Virus record (IMG/VR): IMGVR_UViG_3300027804_000001
Span: 192,001-256,000 of that record
Length of the DNA: 64,000 nucleotides
Origin: a virus
Taxonomy: Duplodnaviria; Caudoviricetes
Reading direction: 5' to 3' (one strand)
Position 1 is the stretch's first letter. Every line of letters starts with the position of its first letter. The position numbers were made by a program, and so were the translations under genes. This document shows positions 18,975 to 26,960 of this stretch, piece by piece. The notes under the pieces are model-generated. The model was not told where the DNA came from and ran no database searches. It saw nothing but the letters and a program-made list of their open reading frames with translations.

Positions 18975-21130
18975 ACTATATCTAATTTTATTTGATTTAT
19001 TATTGATAAAATTTCTTTATAATGATTCATACTATCTCCATCAAAACTATACTTTGATGTTACAATTTCAATATATTTTTTTCTGTTAAACTCACAAACT
19101 TCTAACATTTCATTTCTAATTGATTTCAACTCATCAATTGTTTTATCTTTGAATTTTTCAATTTCATTAACTATCATATCAGATCTAACACCCATTTCTT
19201 CTTCATTATCATAACTTTCATCAAACCATCTATCAAATGTTTTGAATCCGAATTCTTTTAATTTTTTAAGAGTTCCTTTATTACCTAAAACCATAAATGG
19301 ATGACCACATGATATTGGTTTCCATATTTTTTCGGAAAGGAATAAAGTATATTTGTCTGTTAAACTTTCCGTTACTATTGATATAAAAGTATCTTGGTAA
19401 TCTTGAAACGCAATTTCGTTTGCCCAATTATAATCCAATCCCCTATCAATTTCTATTGGTGCCTTTTTTTGTAATTGATTTGTTGGGTGGTCATCTGGTA
19501 TGTTTTCTACATAAGGAAAACTATTTAAACTTACTTTACCTAAATCTAATAGATTTTTTGATAACATGTTAGACAAGAAATGTATTCTATGGTGTCTAAT
19601 GTTTCTATTGTATGATAGATATAGATATTTGTTATCCCTTGGTTCAAACAATATGGAACCTGTTCTTTCTTTCATCATATGATAATTAATCCAATTATCA
19701 AAAATTGAAATCGGGATACATTTAAACTCTATTCCTTTATTTTTTGCAATCTCATCAATAATCAAATTACCACTTAACAAATAAACTGATTTCGGGGGTA
19801 TTTCAAAATCTTTAATCCATTTATCTAATATTTCTAAATCATCGTTATTTTCACAACCAATGTAACCCTCAAGACCATTTACTAAAACCAATTTACATAA
19901 ACCTGATTTAATATCATTTATGTATTTTTCTGATATACACCTAAATCCAATTTTTTCATTTCTAATAAAAAAATTAGGGTCAAATACATTTATAAGGTAT
20001 ATGTGTTTTTCGTCTTTTATCTTTTCTTTTTGTCTAAAATCAACAAAATCATCATAAAAATTTGGTGCGACTTGGTCTTTATATGTTCCATATCCAAAAA
20101 GTTTATAATTACTGTTAACATCCATTAGATTCCAAATTCCCCACATTTTTGGTATATCTAGACCACCCTCCTCTTCAAGATACCATGTTCTACTTGCACC
20201 ATTTGGTCTTGGGCAACCCAAAATTGAATCGTACTCTTCTAAACCAAAGACAACTTTTTCAGATAAAAATATTTCATATATCCCCCTCTCAAATGATTTT
20301 GGTATGAAATTGTGTACATATTTTTGAATCTTATCAAAATTCACATAATAAGACCTAAATTCAAGTCCATCATCAAAATACTCAACATTAATCTTTTTAT
20401 TAATCGACGCTTCTACTTTTTCAATTAATTGAATTTTAGTTATATTAAAATCATTAAATCCAACATTTAAGATTTTTTCTTCCGTATTTTGTGATGACAA
20501 CCTAAAAAGAATTTCTGCACAATCTTTAACATTTAGATTTGGTCTATATGCCTCTGCTTCGTATATCCTAATTTGTTTATTTTGTTTTACGTCATTAACT
20601 ACATTATTAATTAACAAATCGTTTCTATCTATCTCACCAATTCCATATAATGTTGCTAATCTCACAATTAAAAAATTATCATACCCACCATTTAAAATTT
20701 GTTTTTCTCCTTCAATTTTTAATTTTGAATATAGTGTTGTTGGTACTAATTCGGTGTTTTCATCTACAACTTGGTTGGTGTTACCATAAACACTACAACT
20801 ACTTAAGAAAATAAGTTTGAATGATGGTGACACTTTTTTTACACATCTAATTGCATGTTCCATTAATAATATTTCTGATGTAATATGCAAGTCATCTTTA
20901 ACCTCACTAAATCTAGGAGATGCCATGTATAAAACACAATTAATATTTGACAACTTGTCTAAATGTGATGTTATGTTTGTTAGATTATCTTTAATATATG
21001 GACAACCTAAATTATCAGGATTCGAATATTCAAATTTATCATATACGATAACCTCTTGATTTCTATCGATAATCAGTTTAGCCAAAACAGAACCCAAATA
21101 TCCACCACCACCTAATAGTAAAAATTTCAT
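18971..21130 (-). CDS. Fusion of an NAD-dependent epimerase/dehydratase with a GT10-like paralog
   Basis: aa 1-~290 have LLGGGGYLGS, LSSCSVYG, YSKLK and RLATLYG. The remainder has PRPNG, YLSYNRNIRHHR and ISIVTES..FLSEKIWKPI. Confidence 0.75.
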   Translation of the reverse strand: MKFLLLGGGGYLGSVLAKLIIDRNQEVIVYDKFEYSNPDNLGCPYIKDNLTNITSHLDKLSNINCVLYMASPRFSEVKDDLHITSEILLMEHAIRCVKKVSPSFKLIFLSSCSVYGNTNQVVDENTELVPTTLYSKLKIEGEKQILNGGYDNFLIVRLATLYGIGEIDRNDLLINNVVNDVKQNKQIRIYEAEAYRPNLNVKDCAEILFRLSSQNTEEKILNVGFNDFNITKIQLIEKVEASINKKINVEYFDDGLEFRSYYVNFDKIQKYVHNFIPKSFERGIYEIFLSEKVVFGLEEYDSILGCPRPNGASRTWYLEEEGGLDIPKMWGIWNLMDVNSNYKLFGYGTYKDQVAPNFYDDFVDFRQKEKIKDEKHIYLINVFDPNFFIRNEKIGFRCISEKYINDIKSGLCKLVLVNGLEGYIGCENNDDLEILDKWIKDFEIPPKSVYLLSGNLIIDEIAKNKGIEFKCIPISIFDNWINYHMMKERTGSILFEPRDNKYLYLSYNRNIRHHRIHFLSNMLSKNLLDLGKVSLNSFPYVENIPDDHPTNQLQKKAPIEIDRGLDYNWANEIAFQDYQDTFISIVTESLTDKYTLFLSEKIWKPISCGHPFMVLGNKGTLKKLKEFGFKTFDRWFDESYDNEEEMGVRSDMIVNEIEKFKDKTIDELKSIRNEMLEVCEFNRKKYIEIVTSKYSFDGDSMNHYKEILSIINQIKLDIV

Positions 21131-21131
21131 A

Positions 21132-22142
21132 TCAGTCTCTTAACATTTCAGTTGTAACACAATGGAATGACCCACCCAAAGTTCTTGAGTGTCTTATTTT
21201 ACAATCCAATGTGTCTATATTATATTTTTTTAATTCTTTTATTAATTCAGTTTGTCTATTATCTACAATCACAGTATTTTCATCAATAGATAATAAATTC
21301 ACACCAATCCAAACAGATGCCCTAATTGTTTTATGATAACCAATATCTACCATAGGTGGACACCATATCTTATCCCAAGACTTTAAAAAGTCAGGCATGT
21401 TATTTTCATTTACTCTTTCAGGATTTAATAAACATAAACCTTCTCGAAGTACCGCAATTGTTGAATCAATATGAATATATGAATACACGTTTTCTATTGT
21501 GTGTACTCTGTATTCTTTACCTAAAAAATTTTGTAACCATTTTGCACCTTTTAAATTACCCGTGTTAGAAACCAAGTACAAAATATCATTATTACATCTT
21601 AAGATATTCGCAGCATCAAATACCGGTTCGTCATTGTTCAATGTTATCTTTGATAAGTCATCTCTTTGATACATTGAATCCAACAATCTTGGTTTTGGTG
21701 CCGCAACCCAATTAGCACCTTCTTCCATTTTCTCAATGAAAATTTTTTTAAAACAATCTGTTTCAAGTTGTCTAGAACGAAGGGACATTGGTGATTCGAG
21801 TATATTATTACCAATTACAGTAACGGTATCTCTTGGACAAAACGTATAGTATTGCGTTGTTTCCCAATAACCATTGGATATTGTTTTTGTTGTATCTATT
21901 GGAGTTGGTCTATAAACTTTAACACCTATATTGGTTAGTAAATTAGAAAGGTTTTCTAAATCTTCGTATGTTTCTTCATATACTTTTGGGTCCCAAAATC
22001 CTATTTCATCTTTTGGTATTTCATCATCAGTTGCATAGTTTATACAATGTAAATCTTTACCATGTGTTGGCATATTTGCATTGTCTACTGTTCCAACAAT
22101 AATTTCTCTAAGTTTACCCCATTCATTATTAACTAACACCAT
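21132..22142 (-). CDS. Amidinotransferase (glycine / inosamine-phosphate amidinotransferase family)
   Basis: WGKLREIIVG, CPRD, FDAAN, TGN.KG..WLQ, HIDST and RHSRTLGGSFHCVT (Asp/His/Cys triad). Confidence 0.9.
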   Translation of the reverse strand: MVLVNNEWGKLREIIVGTVDNANMPTHGKDLHCINYATDDEIPKDEIGFWDPKVYEETYEDLENLSNLLTNIGVKVYRPTPIDTTKTISNGYWETTQYYTFCPRDTVTVIGNNILESPMSLRSRQLETDCFKKIFIEKMEEGANWVAAPKPRLLDSMYQRDDLSKITLNNDEPVFDAANILRCNNDILYLVSNTGNLKGAKWLQNFLGKEYRVHTIENVYSYIHIDSTIAVLREGLCLLNPERVNENNMPDFLKSWDKIWCPPMVDIGYHKTIRASVWIGVNLLSIDENTVIVDNRQTELIKELKKYNIDTLDCKIRHSRTLGGSFHCVTTEMLRD

Positions 22143-22983
22143 TATTTAATTTTTTTAAAACATAATCTAAAACGAGATTTTGTGATAAATGTCCGTGATG
22201 TGATAAATCTCTAGCCTTCACTTCACCATGTTCATCAACAATTTCATCCACAATAAAATCATCTGATAGGAAATTTGGTGTGTCTTTATAAAACCCACAA
22301 CGAAAAGTCCAATTTAAAACTTTCACGTCTTTAGATTTCCATATGATATTTGATAATTTTATGTATAAATCTCTTTGTTTAATTAATTCTCCTTTATTTT
22401 CTAAGAATCCATGTAGATACCATTGTCCGTACAATTTTGAATTTGCGGGATACATCTCCGTAGGGAATGCTCCACAGAACAATTCAAAACCAAGTGATGT
22501 TCCTTCTTTTGAATAATCAGAAACAAAAGAAAATGTTGTTCGATACTGAAATGGCCATTGATATATAACGAGTTTAGGTAGTTTATTTATTTTCAATAGA
22601 TGTTCAAAAAGTAACATTGTGTTATAATATTGAAAATCTATTGATGTTGATCCCATACCCATATTAAGAACCTCCAAACCCAATTCTTTTCCAACCTTTG
22701 TTGACCACATATCTTCTTCATATAATCCAATACCTTCAGTATATGAACAACCAAACACAATCATAAAGTCACCCTTAATTTCATCTAATTCTTTTGATCT
22801 ATAACCCCAAGAATTATATTTGTATTCTATTGGCTTTTCATAATAATACCAATCATTACCCATTACTTCTTTATTTTTGGTAAATAGCCCTTCAGAATCA
22901 GTCGATGCAAACAAAAATGTTTCATTTTTCTGACCAATGTTTTGAATAATAGGTAAATTGTTATTTAGAATTAGATATGACAT
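22129..22983 (-). CDS. SGNH-like hypothetical protein
   Basis: YKYNSWGYRS, VFGCSYTEG, LNMGMGSTS and DLSHHG motifs. Confidence 0.55.
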   Translation of the reverse strand: MSYLILNNNLPIIQNIGQKNETFLFASTDSEGLFTKNKEVMGNDWYYYEKPIEYKYNSWGYRSKELDEIKGDFMIVFGCSYTEGIGLYEEDMWSTKVGKELGLEVLNMGMGSTSIDFQYYNTMLLFEHLLKINKLPKLVIYQWPFQYRTTFSFVSDYSKEGTSLGFELFCGAFPTEMYPANSKLYGQWYLHGFLENKGELIKQRDLYIKLSNIIWKSKDVKVLNWTFRCGFYKDTPNFLSDDFIVDEIVDEHGEVKARDLSHHGHLSQNLVLDYVLKKLNNGVS

Positions 22984-23014
22984 TATTTAACCAATATAAC
23001 CTTTTTTCATTAAT

Positions 23015-23701
23015 TTATAAACCCTTGAAGGTTGAGTTCAATCTTAAATCTTTATAGTTTTTTGAACCGTGTGTATCATCATTTATTTCAGATATTTTAC
23101 TCATTAAAATTAATCCCCTTGCTGCATCTTCTGGTGTCATGTACATATGCCAACCACAAAATTCAATATCATCATCCAAATAATTTTTACTTAAGTCTCG
23201 ACCATCATAACAAGCCCTTTTAAACCATTTATAAGCCTCATAATCGTCACATAAAATCATACCTCCTCTACCTATTGGTAATCTTTTTTTCATTTGAAAT
23301 GACAACGCTTGGAACCCTCCTTGGTACATATCCTTAGTCCATCTACCGGCCCCATCCCATACATCCAAAGGCTCTAGTTTATAAACACCGGACCATTCTT
23401 TCTCAATAAATTCAAACTCATAACCGGCATGTAAAATTTGCATCGGTACAGATGCATATGTGAAATAAGGAATCTTAATTTTTTGTGGTTTATTGATATA
23501 TTTTAGAATAAGAAATAACGCATTACTACAACAATCTACAGCAATTGCATATTTTGAACCAGAAAACTCCGCAACTTTATTTTCAAATATATCTATGATT
23601 TCATTTGGGTTATTCCATACATAACCCATATTAGACAAGGTAGATAACTCAGGTCTCTGTAATTCTTCTGGTATTTGTCCTAATGGCCATTCTTTATACA
23701 T
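23015..23701 (-). CDS. Compact DegT/DnrJ/EryC1/StrS-family sugar aminotransferase
   Basis: FENKVAEFSG, AVDCCSNAL, WDGA, SFQMKKRLPIGRGG (Lys retained) and YMTPEDAARGL. Only 228 aa. Confidence 0.8.
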   Translation of the reverse strand: MYKEWPLGQIPEELQRPELSTLSNMGYVWNNPNEIIDIFENKVAEFSGSKYAIAVDCCSNALFLILKYINKPQKIKIPYFTYASVPMQILHAGYEFEFIEKEWSGVYKLEPLDVWDGAGRWTKDMYQGGFQALSFQMKKRLPIGRGGMILCDDYEAYKWFKRACYDGRDLSKNYLDDDIEFCGWHMYMTPEDAARGLILMSKISEINDDTHGSKNYKDLRLNSTFKGL

Positions 23702-23702
23702 T

Positions 23703-24740
23703 TTAAAGTATTTTAAGATGATTTATATATTTTGCTTTAATCATCTCCAAATCATCTGTAACATATACCGCATCTTTTTTTACATAACACTCCGCAAAAG
23801 TTGACCACGTGGATGTTGGGGACTTAATTAAAAATGGGCAGTATGATAAAGAAAACAAATCGACCAAATTTTCTACTACATTTCCGTGTTGGAATTCAGA
23901 TTTTTTTGTACCTCCTGTTAAAAGGTAATCATAAGCAACATTAATAAGGAATTTCTTATTTACTATGTTATTTTTATATCTTTCATAAAAATAATACATA
24001 ATGTTATCAGGCATATCCGTACTAATATAAAAATTTTGATCGGGATTAATTTTTAACATTTGATCCATTATATCAAAATATAACTTATCTTGATGAAATT
24101 CATAAAAAACATGTGATTGAATTGTTGCCGTTCTTTTTATTAAATCATAATCATGTCTAACGTCTTCGGGTAATGTGTCTAAATCTTTTTGTGAATATGG
24201 TACACCATTACCTCTTCTTATATGAATACCAACCGCATCAGAAACTTCTTTTTTAATTGAGTCTTCCAAATATCTATGTTTAAGTCTAATTTCAGATAAT
24301 GGTCTTTTAGTTTTTTTTAAAACTTCGTAAGGATATAAATTATCCAATTCACGATAATTAAAATTACAATAATAATGATTGTCCTTTAATTTCATTAAAC
24401 CTGTCTCAAACATTCTTTCTACATCATCAGTATAAAGTGGTTTCGCAACATCTATTTTTTTATTTTCTACGTCATATATTGCAAGAAATTTCAATTTTTC
24501 AATATCATATTCATCACCTTCGATGTTAGATATTGTTTTTGAATCCGGTATATCTATGAGTTTAGTTTCTGGCCAATATTTTTCCTCAAGTAAAATGTTA
24601 TAATCATAGTCATTGTGTCTGTTTATTTCATATGCGACTTCCCAATGAAAAATTCTATTACATAATCCTGTATCTGATGTGTGTCCATTCCATCCTCCAA
24701 ATGGTTCTAACCATCTAAGTGTTCTTTTATATTGTGCCAT
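23703..24740 (-). CDS. GT11/NodZ(GT23)-like fucosyltransferase-type glycosyltransferase
   Basis: GLCNR, VGIHIRRGN, FYISTD and DLFSLSYC..I.S.TSTWS correspond to the conserved alpha-1,2/1,6-FucT motifs. Confidence 0.7.
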   Translation of the reverse strand: MAQYKRTLRWLEPFGGWNGHTSDTGLCNRIFHWEVAYEINRHNDYDYNILLEEKYWPETKLIDIPDSKTISNIEGDEYDIEKLKFLAIYDVENKKIDVAKPLYTDDVERMFETGLMKLKDNHYYCNFNYRELDNLYPYEVLKKTKRPLSEIRLKHRYLEDSIKKEVSDAVGIHIRRGNGVPYSQKDLDTLPEDVRHDYDLIKRTATIQSHVFYEFHQDKLYFDIMDQMLKINPDQNFYISTDMPDNIMYYFYERYKNNIVNKKFLINVAYDYLLTGGTKKSEFQHGNVVENLVDLFSLSYCPFLIKSPTSTWSTFAECYVKKDAVYVTDDLEMIKAKYINHLKIL

Positions 24741-24743
24741 TAA

Positions 24744-26195
24744 TTATTTCTTATTATAATTGTGTTTATCTGAAACATATTCACCTGGTTCAAAGTGTGT
24801 AATTCTACCATCAGTCATTTTAACATCAGGTATTGTATTATCAATTTCTAACGAATTATACCATTCAGCTAATTCGGGGAACGTTTCTACAAAATTTTTA
24901 TTTCTTCTTATATCATATTGCATATAGAAACTTTTGAAATCATGATACTGAAGGGAATTATCCATCTCAGTTGTATTATGACCTCTATTAACAACTTCTA
25001 TATAATCAATTAATCTTTGAATTTGTGCCTTTTCACCAACAGTAAAATATTCACTATTCTTATGTTTCATAAACCATAATGAAAGTTTACCATGTAAACC
25101 ATATTTTACATCATCAGGTAATACCAATGGTGACATAAACGCCGGCCATCTTAAAATGTTTAAATCAACTATTGGTCTGTGTGTACCGTATTTCTTTTTA
25201 AGTTCTAACATATCGTCTAAGAACTCAGTGATACTAAACAAACAAAGACTATTGATTGTCATCATAATAACAACCTGTCTAAAGTTTGCACTCTCTATAA
25301 ACTTAACTAAATTAGAATGCCATAATTTATAGTTTAATCCATCTCTAATATATTCGGCATGTGCACCATATGCCTCACAACTTGTATACAAATCAAATTC
25401 TTTAACCTGTACTTCGTGTGTGACATTAATGAGTCTTTCTAATGTTTTTTGATTTAAACCTAAATTAGAATTAATTGCTAATCTAAGATTTGGTGATGGG
25501 TATTGTTTCATCAAATCAATAAATTGCCAAAAGTTTCTACTTTGTGATGGTTCTCCACCAGTTACTCTGATTTCCATTAATTTTTCTGACAACTCCGGCC
25601 ACCATTCTAAGAATGCCTTTACATATGGGTTATCTTCATTGTATTTTCCAAAGATTTCAGACCAAGACCCATCTGCATAATATGCACCCGCACTTGTTGT
25701 TTTAAATTTCTGATATGGCCCATTATCTCTAATATCCTTACCCCAAGTTGTTGAATAACCCGAATTACAATATGAACAAGCAAAATTACACGTTCTGTCA
25801 AATGACACCTCAATCGTTTTTGGTGTTATATCTTCAGTCCAATGTATATCTTTCAATTTGGCAATGTCTTGTTCATCGTAAATTATACTTTTGTAAACCC
25901 TATCTGCAATGTTATTTCTACCAATATCCTCTACCTTCCAACAGTAAGAACATTCGGCGGGTTTAACACCATCCAACATCATTTTTCTAATTCTTTTCTT
26001 AAAATCTGTGTTGTGTAGTGCAGATGGGTTTGTTTTAATTGCTTCCGCATCAATTGGGTGTGGTAGTGGTAGATGACAAGAGTTTGTGAATCCGTGACCT
26101 AAATGTAGACTAACATTATACCATTTTGCAGCACAAAAACTACAACTGACTTTATTTAAATGTTCATCTCTCCAACTTGCTAATTCTTCTGACAT
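24744..26195 (-). CDS. Radical SAM protein with an N-terminal twitch/SPASM-like Cys cluster
   Basis: CNFACSYC (CxxxCxxC) and VTGGEP, plus N-terminal CSFC..KW..SCH..CSYCW. Confidence 0.9.
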   Translation of the reverse strand: MSEELASWRDEHLNKVSCSFCAAKWYNVSLHLGHGFTNSCHLPLPHPIDAEAIKTNPSALHNTDFKKRIRKMMLDGVKPAECSYCWKVEDIGRNNIADRVYKSIIYDEQDIAKLKDIHWTEDITPKTIEVSFDRTCNFACSYCNSGYSTTWGKDIRDNGPYQKFKTTSAGAYYADGSWSEIFGKYNEDNPYVKAFLEWWPELSEKLMEIRVTGGEPSQSRNFWQFIDLMKQYPSPNLRLAINSNLGLNQKTLERLINVTHEVQVKEFDLYTSCEAYGAHAEYIRDGLNYKLWHSNLVKFIESANFRQVVIMMTINSLCLFSITEFLDDMLELKKKYGTHRPIVDLNILRWPAFMSPLVLPDDVKYGLHGKLSLWFMKHKNSEYFTVGEKAQIQRLIDYIEVVNRGHNTTEMDNSLQYHDFKSFYMQYDIRRNKNFVETFPELAEWYNSLEIDNTIPDVKMTDGRITHFEPGEYVSDKHNYNKK

Positions 26196-26219
26196 ATTGT
26201 AAAATTTAATTTATTTTTT

Positions 26220-26960
26220 TTATAAAACAAAATCTTTAGGAACTCTTTCTAAAAAATTTGTATGTTTTGATTCGTCATATATGATACCTAAATTGTTCAC
26301 GGTCTTAAAATCGTAATAACAAAGTATATCATCATAACATTTTTTAAATGGTAGAACGTGTATTTCTGATTCTTTTAAGTAATCTTCAATTATTTCAATG
26401 TTTGAAGTTCTTAGTATAATTGAAAATAAAAATATATCCATTTCACAATAATATCGATGTCTGTCGGATGAACATTCCGGACTGGAACACCCAATAAACA
26501 AACTATTATCACAATAGTCAGAAATTAAATTACCGTTAAAAATTATTGTATTATTCTCTTTAAAATTTTTATATAACGCAAATTGATTATCTTTTCTTGC
26601 AACTGTAATTGTTACCCCATCTTCAATTTCTTTTTGTGTTGTATCTAACAATGGTAGAAAATAAAATTTATCTCCTTCTTCTTCATCGGTCCAAAATTCA
26701 AAAGCCATGGTTTGAGTTGTGTCGTTATAAGATAAACCTAAATTTTTACCCGGTTTACCAAAAACCATACTAATCTCATCTTTTTTATAATGTGGTTTTA
26801 TTTTGAAAGATAAAGTGATTGCATATTCACTTCTAAGTAAAAACTTAGTTAAATCACGATTTTCATACTTGTCATAATTTGTAACGTATTGATTATCGTG
26901 ATGTTCTTCAATTTCCCACTCAAACTTCGCCCAATAGGGTTCTTTATACTTTATTTTCAT
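26220..26960 (-). CDS. Stand-alone LamG/concanavalin-A-like domain protein
   Basis: Aligns by eye with the N-terminus of 26944..29052 (GxPGKNxGxSY, FEFWT, DY....FIGC, YYDF). Confidence 0.6.
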   Translation of the reverse strand: MKIKYKEPYWAKFEWEIEEHHDNQYVTNYDKYENRDLTKFLLRSEYAITLSFKIKPHYKKDEISMVFGKPGKNLGLSYNDTTQTMAFEFWTDEEEGDKFYFLPLLDTTQKEIEDGVTITVARKDNQFALYKNFKENNTIIFNGNLISDYCDNSLFIGCSSPECSSDRHRYYCEMDIFLFSIILRTSNIEIIEDYLKESEIHVLPFKKCYDDILCYYDFKTVNNLGIIYDESKHTNFLERVPKDFVL

